A DNA stretch of 61,549 nt, counting the filler, from Hausera hauseri (taxonomy: Eukaryota): the NCBI GenBank assembly GCA_046269625.1. It is 10 parts of 10 records of this genome, joined end to end, with 100 filler letters (N's around TTAATTAATTAA, not from the genome) between each part and the next. Parts side by side here need not be neighbours in the genome. Positions count along the whole stretch, not along the records: positions 12,427 to 16,612 come from JBJURY010713326.1; positions 16,713 to 25,432 come from JBJURY010556562.1; 8 more parts are not named here. One strand, given 5' to 3'. The translations under genes were made by a program, and so were the position numbers. Position 1 is the stretch's first letter, and each line of letters begins with the position of its first letter. Shown in pieces: positions 12,600 to 23,676 of the stretch. Below the pieces are notes generated by a model, which ran no database searches, was not told where the DNA came from, and was given only the letters and a program-made list of their open reading frames with translations.

Positions 12600-15500
12600 G
12601 AACTTTGGTAGTCCATGTACCACGTTTAATAGGCACTACACAGGTGAGTATGATTTGTCACCATGTACTATTTTGCAGAAAGAATCCTGGCTTAATTGAA
12701 CGAAGTGACTGTGCAGACCCAATTGTTTCGTCAGTCGGTGTGTTATCCAAATCGGTGAGTTTAAAGAGTGCACGAATTGTGGTACCAAAAAGTGCTTCAG
12801 TGAGTGCCCAACCGGTGGTACTAGACGGCGTGTTGCGCCAACCGAGTAAAGCAAAAGGGAGAATGGTTGTCAAATTCTTATGAGTTTCGGCCAGGAATTT
12901 TAACGAGATCTTGAGAGTGCTATGAAAGCGTTCTAATAAGCAGTTCGACTGGGGATGATATGTAGTTGTTATGTATGTGGTTTATGCCTAGTCGATTAAC
13001 TAAAGATTTGAATATGTTCAATTGAAATTGGGTACCTTAGTGTGTAATTATATAGCGAGGTGAACCGAACCGGCTAATCCAAATCCTTATGAATGCTTCG
13101 GCAATCGAGTCTATATTGATGGCGCGCAAAGGGACGGCTTCAGGCCAACGAGACGCACAGTCCATCATTGCTAAGGTAAATTGGTGTGCGTTATAGGAAG
13201 GTAATGGGCCAGCGATATCTATGTGAACTGACTCAAAACGGAATGTACATGGGAAATGGAATAATGGTGGTTTAAGATATTTAGCTACTTTGAACTTTGG
13301 CAAGCTACGCATTGCCTAATCCAGCTCTGTACGTCCGACCTCACTGATGGCCATGTTACGTGGCGTTTGACAAGGCGGAATGTAGCTTTGGAACCTGGGT
13401 GATAAAAAGAATGAACGTGTTGAAATGCAGTTTGTTGGAGAAGAGGTGCCAAAATTGGCAAATGTTGTCCAGATGCCGAAGTGTCCATGGCTATTCCATC
13501 GATGATTTGTACGGATTTGTACTGTTTAAGAATTTCAGCGGAAGGAGAATTTTGAATTAATTGTTCCTTAGAGAATATTGGTGTGACACTAATAGCACCA
13601 ACTGACCGTGATAGGAAATCAGCTATTAAATTGTCTGTGCCAGAAATGTGGCAAATTTTGAAGTTGAATGTTGACAGATATGAGATATTGCATTCTTGTC
13701 GCAGTAATGGTTGTTTCATGTTTATTACGTGAACGAGAGCTTTGTGGTCCGTTTGGGTAGTGAAGGAACGGGCGGTAAGCAAATGTGAAAAATGTTTTAG
13801 AGCTAAAACAATGGCCAGGAGTTCTCTATCGAAGGTAGCGTAACGGCGTTCTTGTGGCTGCAGCTTGCGTGAAAAAAATTCTAATGGCTCGTTTATACCT
13901 TTAGAAATTTGATAAAGAACCGCTCTACTGCTGCAGTTGATGCGTGGGTTGTTAAAATGAGGTCAGCATCAGGTTTTGGGTAAGCTAAAATCTCGACTGT
14001 TTTGAGCTTTTCGCGGATTTCATTGAACTGTTTAACAAGTTCTGGTGTCCAATATATGAGCTTTTTCTTCGGCCCTGCTCCTAGTTGAGCGAAAGGAGTA
14101 GTTAACTGGCTACAATGTGGGACGCATTTATGGACAAAATGTAAAGTCCCAAGGAAACTACGCATGTCAGTAGTGGTTTTTGGTAGCTCGATGTTTCGTA
14201 ACTGATGGATTCTATCAGGCTGTGAACTGTGACCGTCAGGTGTGATGACGTGACCAAGGATATTGGCATTTTTCTAAAAGAAGGAACACTTAGAAAAGTT
14301 CACTTGCAAATTGTAGTTGTGCAAGCGTTGGAAAACTAGTCTGAGATGTTTTTTGTGTTGTTTGGACGATGCTGATGGGACTAGTATGTCATCAATGTAC
14401 GGATATACAAATGGCAAGCCTGAAAGAACTGAATCAATATACCGTTGGAAAGTTTGTGCTGCGTTCTTTAAACCGAAGGGCATGAATGCGTATTTGAAAA
14501 GACCAAAAGGTGTTATTATGCCGTTTTTAGGATGTCTTCTGGTGCTACCGGTATTTGGTGGTAGGCTTTTTCGAGATCTATAGTCGAATAGATTGTTGTT
14601 TTGTGTAAGGAATGTATTATATCCTTAATCAAAGTAGAGGATAAGAGTCCATGGTAGTGACTTTATTAAGTTGGAGATAATCGCCGCATTGACGGAATGT
14701 GCCATCTTTTTTCGGGACGACGTGGAGTGGTGATGCCCAAGTTGATTTCTAGCGTCCATTTGAAAATGTCTCAGAATGGTGGTAAAGTGAATGAAACCTT
14801 AGAAGTGCCGAAAATACGTAAAGCTTGGCCGTTAGCTGTGTATCTACGCAGTAAATCGGCATTGTTAGTCTGGTTCACTCCTAACTTGTTTAATCGGGTT
14901 AAAGATGTTTGTAAAAATTAAGAGGGTTTTTCATTTCCTATTGTGTTGTCGTTAAAATATTTGTGGATAATATATAGAGATGGTTCCGTGATTTTTAGGA
15001 CTGAGCTAAAAAGTGTTTTGTATGGGTCACTGCTTTGGAAAATTTCAGACAAGTTGGAAAATTGCGACTTAATTTTGGGAGGTAGAAGTATCAGCAAGCT
15101 GTTTGCTTTAAGAAACGAGTCGACAACATTATTTGATTTCAACCAAGCTGCATGAAAGTCTAACCACGTCCGGCTGGATTGTTGCTTGTCGACGAAGTAT
15201 TCTACGCAAGGTAGATTTACAGTAGACGACGGGGGCAGAGGTGGATTTAACGGTACAGAAATAGTAGGAATGTCAGAAAAATCCTGTTGGTCCATAGAGG
15301 ATGCTTTTGGATCAGATCCACCTAGCAGACGGTAGTGTACGGTGAGTATAGGTGCTGCAGATGAATGGGTGTAACTTGTTATAATGTCGAATTGTCGAAG
15401 AAAAAATCCGTTATAACTAAGCCAAAAATTAGTCGGGAATGTTTCTCGTTGTAACACGCCATGCAAATGTGCGTTAGTTGCTGTTTGATGTATGTAGTAT

Positions 15501-16612
15501 GTACGTGTATTTATTTTCAAACAAAAGATTAAGGAAAATAGTTTTCAGATATGTAGGGTGCACAATGCGGTGCATAGGACACGGGCGCGTCCAATATCCC
15601 CGTGTTGTAATGGTTGGCCCGAGCATCTGGCCCTTCATTATTTATGACAGAAGTATTAACAATGAGACAAGGCGACTCACCAGAGTAATCCGATTCTGAA
15701 AAATTGCTGTATTTCCTGTGCAGTAGACTACTGTACCCTGGTTCCTCTGTTTTTGCAGATGGCATTTATGTTTTGTCGACATTCTTCGTGCTATACGATT
15801 CGGAACGATTTGATTCGGAGGGATCGATGTTTATCGGACTAATTAATCTAATACAATATTTCCCTGGTAGAAGTTTAGCTGATATTCTTTCCAAAAATAG
15901 TTTTTGAGCGGTAGATGTATCCAGTGGAGCATGTACACGGACGTAAACAGGTAAACCGATGATTTGTGCTGAAAACGAACCGGACTCGTCTTGCGATTCA
16001 TAATCGATGGAAGAAATTTAGATGCCAACATTACAGAGTAAGTTGTTGCGTCAATTTAGTGAAAAATTGTGCAATCCATCGGAATTGGCAGAGGTATTTA
16101 CTAACAGTCAATATGCCGACGGCCCCGTTTCGCCGGCTCATAAAATTTGGTTCGTGCAATTGGGATCGCATTATTTTATAGGCGAAGGGGTCATTAAAAA
16201 TGTCATTCGCGTCGAGCAATTCTAACAAAAACCTGTATCCAGCGACCATCAACATTGTATAGAATCGCAATATATCATCTATATCGGTAATATCCATGGG
16301 ACAATGGTTGAGTAATTGTATCAACTGTTTTCCTTCTTCAATTAATGCATTACACTTTTTAATAGCTTCATCATGGAAAATCCATTCATTCCCTTCTTTG
16401 CTTATTTCATTAATGAGGAGTCTATCAATCGGATCCTTCTGTTCCGTAATGCACCATTTAATAATCTCTGATTGTGAAAATTTTTTATCAGTAACTACAT
16501 ATCCAGATAGGAAGACCTGATTTTGATTAATAAGCTGAGATTCGTTGGAGAACGATGCTTTTAATTAGATCATACGATTCCGGTGGTTTAACGTATTTTC
16601 ACAATGAAAAAC
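12600..16612 (-). mobile_element. CsRn1-like Ty3/gypsy element (family B, copy 1): leader, Ubl-GG, gag, pol; internal deletions
   Basis: MPFGLKNAAQTFQR, YIDD, RNase H TDHK, integrase HPG..CVAC, HIDIAGPLP, RWPEAVPL; gag LLRRY jumps to protease TANGQ and protease FKWT jumps to RT WASPLHVV (two deletions). Confidence 0.9.
14918..15540 (-). pseudogene. gag: Ubiquitin-like domain (ends RLLGG at 15317) fused in frame to Gag N-terminal domain
   Basis: ORF 14918-15520: FWLSYNGFFL...ILTVHYRLLGG|SDP...PCVEYFVDKQQSSRTWLDFH..WL. Confidence 0.8.
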
Positions 16613-16740
16613 NNNNNNNNNNNNNNNNNNNNNNNNNNNNNNNNNNNNNNNNNNNNTTAATTAATTAANNNNNNNNNNNNNNNNNNNNNNNNNNNNNNNN
16701 NNNNNNNNNNNNAAGTGTTTAAAGATAATGATTCTTCCTC

Positions 16741-17184
16741 TTAAATAGAATTGATGGTGGCAGTTGTAAACTGGTGTTTATTTTTAGTTTTTAAACAGAT
16801 GGCTCCTCTGGCGATATGTGTAATTAATCCTTCGATTGTGTTGCTTCTTGTCATAAATTGATTCAGGAAGAAGTGGTATGATTCTAGAATCGTATTGATA
16901 CTGAGAGTCATATTTACTGTTATCTCGTGTTTGAGTTGATTAGGAATTCGTACCACGTTCAATACTTCGAAACTTGTGTTGAGTAATACTTGTCTCCAAA
17001 TATTGTTATTAAATGTTTTAGACAGTGTCTTAGAATGATAACTCTTCTTAATTCCATGATTTGGGATTATAGTTTCACTATATAATTGGTCAGCATGATA
17101 CTGCGGGTGTAATTTGGAATATATCACTCTGAATTGTATTTGACTTTCGGTTTTGTTCATCTTTTCGTTTAATCTTCGTATCAT
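16741..17184 (-). CDS. Hypothetical ORF downstream of the FN3-like remnant, probably element-associated
   Basis: 147-aa ORF on the same strand; no recognisable motif. Confidence 0.25.
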   Translation of the reverse strand: MIRRLNEKMNKTESQIQFRVIYSKLHPQYHADQLYSETIIPNHGIKKSYHSKTLSKTFNNNIWRQVLLNTSFEVLNVVRIPNQLKHEITVNMTLSINTILESYHFFLNQFMTRSNTIEGLITHIARGAICLKTKNKHQFTTATINSI

Positions 17185-17259
17185 TTGTCTTAATTTGTTA
17201 TCACGTTTTCGAAGAGCTGAAAGTAAAATAAACTCATTTATATACTCACCGTTGTTGTT

Positions 17260-18075
17260 TCATGTGAGGTCCAACAAACACACATGCAATGAACATATTA
17301 AGAATGTGACTATGTGTGGAGGCGCGCGTAGTGTGTGCGATGACTGTTCATTCAGATTACTTGTTTGCAACCGCCATCTTGTTATTAGAGGGCAATGGCA
17401 CATGCTAATGTCAATATGATTATGTCTGACTATTACTGGAATGATTAAAGTGCCTATAACCAACGTAAACAACAAAGCTATTCTTAGTAATATGGCTAAC
17501 AAGGCACATATAACAATGCTTATTTCAGTGTTGTCAATTTTTGGCTTCATAGTCAGAGAATCATTTCTAATATCATTTTTGCTATAGCTAAATTTGACTA
17601 CGTCATTTATTTTTGGTAAAGTTTTAACGTAAATTTCTGAATAGTGGGTACAGTTTTTTACTACTATTAAATATTCAGTACCTGAATTTAGGCCTACGCA
17701 ATAGGCATATTTTTTTCTCTTCAAAAATAATTCTCTGTTGATAATGATGGTTTATACAAGTTATACTAACCCATGTATTTTTAGTGTTCATTTGATGATT
17801 CTAAGCGAATGCTATTCTATCTTTGGAAAACTAGTACAAATATGTTATTGTGATTTCTATGTCGTAGTATTTAGCCATCCTTTTATACTCCCTATAGGGT
17901 ATATTACATCTATTTTGTTCGGTCATGAAAGTAATCTCGTAAACACATTCATTAATTTTGAAGGGTATTAAACATTTGATACTACATTTGACTGTCAAGT
18001 ACAAGTCCCATATGGCTTCTTTATTTATCTTGAAAATTAGTGTTAGTAGGGAAAATGGTTTATCTCTAATCTCCA
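17260..18075 (-). pseudogene. FN3-like single-pass membrane protein remnant
   Basis: YAYCVGLNSGTEYLIVVKN..VKTL then hydrophobic ISIVICALLAILLRIALLFTLVIGTLIIPVIV; resembles the 9315-10640 product. Confidence 0.5.
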
Positions 18076-18076
18076 A

Positions 18077-21000
18077 TAGGCTTCGGTAGGTAAACAACCT
18101 GTAGAGGTAGAAGGTGTATTACGCCAACCCAGAAGAACAAGCGGAAGGAGAGTAGTCCAACTGCTATTTGATTCTGCGAGGATCCTCAATGACTTTTTTA
18201 ATGTTCTGTGGAATCTCTCTAGAAGACCATTCGATTGAGGGTGATACGGTGACGTGTGGATGTGACTGATTTCTAATCGGTTAACGAGTGATTTAAACAG
18301 ATTAAACTTAAACTGAGTGCCTTGGTCCGTAATAATGAATCTAGGGGATCCAAATCTACTAATCCACGTGAGTATAAAACGTCGGATATCGTGTCCGTAT
18401 TGGTGCTCCGTAGTGGGACGGCTTCAGGCCATCGTGATGAACGATCCACCATGGTTAAAATGAACTGGTGACCGTTGTCAAGAGGAAGAGTGCCAACGAT
18501 ATCTATATGTACGGACTCGAAACGTGATTTGCAAGGGAAGTGATATAGTGGTGGTTTTAGATGTTTAGTGATTTTAAATTTCTGGCAAGCCACGCACTCC
18601 TTAACACATGCTTACACATCGGAACGCATTGTCGGCCATATTACCTGCCGGCGGAGTAAGCGAAAGGTTGCCTTAGCACAGAGATGATGTAGTGAATGTA
18701 CGTTGTTAAAAGCTTGTCGTTGTAAAGGTGGTACGCGAATTATTACGGAATGGCCTGGTTTGAAGGTGTCTAAAGCTACGCCGTCAATGATGTTGTAAGA
18801 TCGGAAAGATGTAAGCATATCTAAAGGTGGTTGATTTTCATCCAGCTGATCTTCTGTGAATATAGATTTAAAATTGATGGAGCTAACGAATCTCGAAAGG
18901 AAATCGGCGACTAAGTTGTTTACACCGTTAATGTCTTTGATCTCGAAATTGAACGTCGACAAGTATGAAATTTGACGTTCCTGTTTAGACGATGCGTGTT
19001 TCATCATCATGACGTTTATTAGAGGTTTGTGATCGGTCTGTATGGTGAAACGTCGAGCAGTTAGTAAATGTGAAAGGTGTTTTAAATCAAAAGAACTATC
19101 GCTAGTAGTTCTCGGTCGAACGTGGAGTATTTAGTTTCGGGAAGTGTTAACTTGCGTGAAAAAAATTCCAAAGGCTGGTTCTCACCCTTATAGATTTGAT
19201 GAAGTACGGCGCCCACAGCAGTGGTGGAGGCGTCTGTATTGATGATCAGTTGTGCATCGTGCTTGGGAAAAGCTAATATTTTGACAGTTTTTAAACCTTC
19301 TCTTAGCTTTTCGAATTTGTTAACTAGTTTCGGAGTCCATAGTATTCATTGATGTTTTTTCAACCACTAAGGCAAGCAAATGGTGCGGTAAGTTCAAAGC
19401 AGTATGACACATACTTGTGAACGAAATGCAAAGTGCCCAAAAAACTCCTCATTTCTGTTGTTGCACGAGGTAGCTGTACGTTTTTTAAGGCTTCAACTTG
19501 GTCGGGCTGAGGCGAGTGACCTTCTGCAGAAATAACATGACCAAGAAAATGTATAGGTTTATGGAAAAGTGACATTTGCCGAAATTTATCTGCAGGTTAT
19601 GCTGGTGTAAGCGTTAAAAGATTGATCTGAGGTGTTATTCATGTTGTTTGGTTAAGGAAGAAACAATTAATATGTCATCGATATAGGGATCAGCATATGG
19701 AAAATCGGAAAGGATAGTATCGATGTGGCGTTGGAAAGTCTGAGCAGCATTTCGTAAGCCAAAAGGCATGTACAGATATTCGTATAGGCCAAAAGAAGTG
19801 GTGACAGCTGTTTTTTCGATATCCTCAGGTGCTACAGGAATTTGATGGTAGGCTTTGGATAAATCGATGGTAGAATAAATGGCAGTTGAGTGGAGACAGT
19901 GTAAGATATCCTTAATGAGTGGCAACGGGTATGCATCCATTATTGTCAAAGTGTTCAACTGGCGTTAATCACCACATGGTCGAAAAGTTCCGTCCTTCTT
20001 TTGCACGACATGTAGTGGTGACGACCATGGGGATTTGGAGCGACGTACAATTCCGCAACGTTCTTGTTCTAGAAATTCGGCTTCAACTGCATGTGTACGA
20101 CGAGGAGATAATTGACGCACTTTTTGGCGGATAGGTCTTTGAAGTTTTGTCACAGTGTAGTGAAAAGTGGTATTTGGTAGTGTAAAAGACCTATCTTTTT
20201 GAATAATTTTAGAACAAGATACGTGGATGAATTGTTGCAGACTTGCAGGTAATTGTGAAAAGTTTGGTGGAAGCGAGTTCTTACCGGTAACTTTGGTGGT
20301 ATCAGTAACAGTAGCAATTCGGACGTTATTTTGTGGTCGAGAATGAAATGGTATTCGATGCAGGATGGTTGTATTGAAGATGGTATTGTAATTTGTAGTT
20401 TTATCGAAGGATTTGGTAGTGGTAACAGGATCGCTTTTATCGCTGTGTAAACCCCAATCGTCAATAACATTGTTCTTTAGTGATTTATAAAACAAAATGC
20501 CATGGTTGTAAGAAAAAGGTTTGTTTAACGATTTTTTTAATATCGGCTTTTGAGATGCATTTACCCGTACGACAGCCGAAATTGTATCGTCGTGATAGAA
20601 TAGCTCCTTATTGCGATCACTTGTTAAACATCGTTGCTTGCAATCGACAAGGAGGTTATAGTGCGAAAGAAAATCGGATCCTGAAATGGCTGTTTGGACA
20701 TTTGCGACGGTAAATGTCCAGTGGAACGTTTGAGTAAATTTCGGAAGGATAATAGAAAGCCTATATGTACCGGAAACATGTAGCGGTTGTCCTGAAGCTG
20801 TAAATAAAAGTTTAATTTTCGATGGCGTGTTGAGTTGGAAAGGTGAGCGGTACTAAAGAAATCTGTGCACCTGAATTGATGAGAAAATTTATCTGTTGAG
20901 GTGTCGGTGCGATGGTGAAGGCTTTTAATGTGAACACGGCGAAAAAAATTTTTCGGCTATTAGGAAGTGAAGAGTGGCCTTCGCCAGTGCTTGCCGAAAA

Positions 21001-22840
21001 CTCTGGCGGCAAAGTTAGTTTTTTGAAAAAGAGGAACCTGAGTGACTGTTAGAAACGAAAGTTGTTCGTTCGTCATTTGCATGGTGGGATTTGTTTTTAA
21101 ACGTGCAACCTGGAATGCATTTGCGTGCATTATGTTTGAATTTTGCATGATATATGCAAATGATGTTGTCCGTATGGTATCTTTGATCATAAGATTTGCA
21201 CACTAGGTAGAATTTTTGTGCGTTACTATCAAACTTACCGTGGTAATAGCAAATCAGTGATCGGCCAGGTGAGGGTGAACGATCACGAGATAATGAACGG
21301 TTACTATCATGTATGAAACCCTCACGTCGAGTAAATGAAATATTGTTAAGTTTATTGTTGATATTATTTATTGTTGTTTGTAGGGCCGCATTTTCAGCTC
21401 GTAGTTGATTTAACTGCTCTTTGAGTGTAACGTTGTTGGTTGCAACGGCTGCAGAAATGACTGGTTGAGTGTGTGCGTTCAAAGTCTCGTATGTTTTGTC
21501 CGCCAGTTTGGCCAATTTATGCAGTGTTGTCAATTCTTCGACGACAGTAAATAAGGCCCTAATTTGTATGGGCAATGCGTTCAGGAAGTAGCGTCTCAAA
21601 AGATCAGCCTCGTGTTGTTTACTCAGGCCAAGTGTTTGAAGTTGCACGAGTGAAGTTCTCAGGAAATCAGATGTCTTTTGCATCCCCATAGCATTGTCGT
21701 TGAAGAAACGGTGAATTATTGAGTCCATAGATGGTTCAGTAAGCTTTAAAACAGCATTATAAAGATGGGTAATGGATCTGGTTGCTGGAAGATATCTAAC
21801 AAATCATGGATGGCCATTTTTACAGTTGTCGGTAAAAGACAAAGCAGATTATGAGTTTTAGTTAGCGGTTCAGTAATGTTGTTAGAGTGCAACCAAAGTT
21901 TATGGAAGCTAATCCAGGTTTTGCTAAACTATTCGTGGTCGATAAAATACTCCGTGCACCGAGAAAAAGTGTGTTTGGTTGACGAGGTTGAAGAAGTATA
22001 ACTACTGAAAGAAGATGGCGTGGTAACGGTCGAAGATTTTTGGTTTAACGCAAAATGTGATGTTTTGGAGGTAGTTGTCAGTGGTGTTAATGGTAGGTGA
22101 AGAGTCCATTCCACCACGTATGCGAATATGTACGTGAATGATGATGCCATGGGTTGAAGGTACAGAAAGATTACGAAGGTTGGCATTAGTTACTGGTAGA
22201 TTATTGTAAGATAAAAGTCAGACATGTTGGCGACGTATAGTGCGTAGTTGTATAAGTAGGATGCGTCTATGAAATGTTATTCTGTTTGTGAGTAAATTGT
22301 GATTATTTAGAAAGAATAAAAAGGAAAGAGTCGGTGTAGATCCAGGTGGTTGGTGTGGTGACGGAACACACCATGGCGTGAGACCCATTGACTTAGGACA
22401 GACGGTTGGGTAATCGGTCACGCTGTGATGTACTCGGGACTCAACAGCTTTGTAATGCGAACTGTGAGGACGTTTTGATAAAGAATCGGTATAACCTCTA
22501 ATAATTAAATCGCTTTCGAGGGTCTGGATAATGTCAAATTGTGTTTGGCATACAATTATGCTTGTAAGGTGAGGGATAGCCATAAGGCCTGCTGTATTTA
22601 CGTCAATTTACCTTAAATAGAGTTTGAAAAGTAGTAATGAATCGGCAAGATAATCAGCAATTGCTATCTCATTTTTGTATTGTAATATGCAACATGGTAT
22701 ACGTGGCTGCAGCAATGGATGATAAGACAGCAAACTTTTTTGAAGTGAATGGACAGGAAAGGTGAAATAAAGAGAAAACTCTAAGTATATAAATCTTAAG
22801 TAACGACCGCGACGTTGGGCTGTGGGAAAGGGGTGGTGGT
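18077..22840 (-). mobile_element. CsRn1-like Ty3/gypsy element (family B, copy 2): leader, Ubl-GG, gag (2x CHCC), PR, RT, RH, IN; decayed
   Basis: IHVHIRIRGG|MDSSP (22139-22110); Gag ICYYHGKF.. and ICIYHAKF..ARKCIPGC; FLINSGAQISL; WSSPLHVV; YIDD; HIDIVG; SRWPEAVPL. Confidence 0.92.
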
Positions 22841-23178
22841 GTTGTGCCAGCAGCGAGCAATCTAAGAATAAAATCATATGAAAAACGAAAAGGGAATAAT
22901 TAACAAAAAATGATTGCTTGACAGATAGAGCTTGATAACAAATCCCACCTCGTCGTATACTGGTCTCTCCATGACTGGCAGTATCGTTTTCAGCTGAGGG
23001 TACAGTAGATCGACTTCTTCACGTCGTGTCGTTCTACGGGCGGTCTGTGTATACAACCACTTTGGACGAACCAACTAGTTCGTTATATATTGTCTGTTTA
23101 TCATCGTATCTTGTATGCTTGCCGTAGTTTGACATGAGCATTCTGCTTGCTCCACTCTGTAGTCTAGTAAGGGTAATA

Positions 23179-23600
23179 TCACCATTTGACAGCAGCTGTT
23201 GTTGTTTTACCTGTTGACTGAAGCTGCATCTTCAATCCATGCACCCAGTGATAACGTGTGAAATCCATCGGCAGTTCGATTAATGCAGGATAATCGAATG
23301 GTATTTTGTGTGGCAGGTTAGTACTCCATAATGACGTCATGGAAAGTGTACTCGGTTTGATGAGCTGTTTCAAATGTTTGTCGACGAATGACGGTAAATG
23401 GTCATGAGAAAATGGCAGCAGTTCCAGCTGCAGTAGTTTCATAATGGCAGATATTTCTGCATTGGTGTCATCAAATGGCTGTGTCAGCAATTTCACAGTT
23501 CCCAATAAAGACAGTAGGTATGTGGTACATCGCCGAAACGGCAGCAAACTACGCTTATAGGCAGTGAACAGTTGCGTAGGTGACAAATCTGCCTAGTGTT
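23179..23600 (-). pseudogene. Fragment resembling the C-terminal region of a UBR1/2/3 N-recognin E3 ligase
   Basis: LLPFRRCTTYL (cf. PFLRCAALF) and PALIELPMDF (cf. LIxLPxDY). Confidence 0.5.
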
Positions 23601-23676
23601 ACGAGCGGACAATGCGTCCCGACAGACTGCCGCAATTACCACAGTTGATCTTCAGTATCCGATGAGTCATCGGCGA

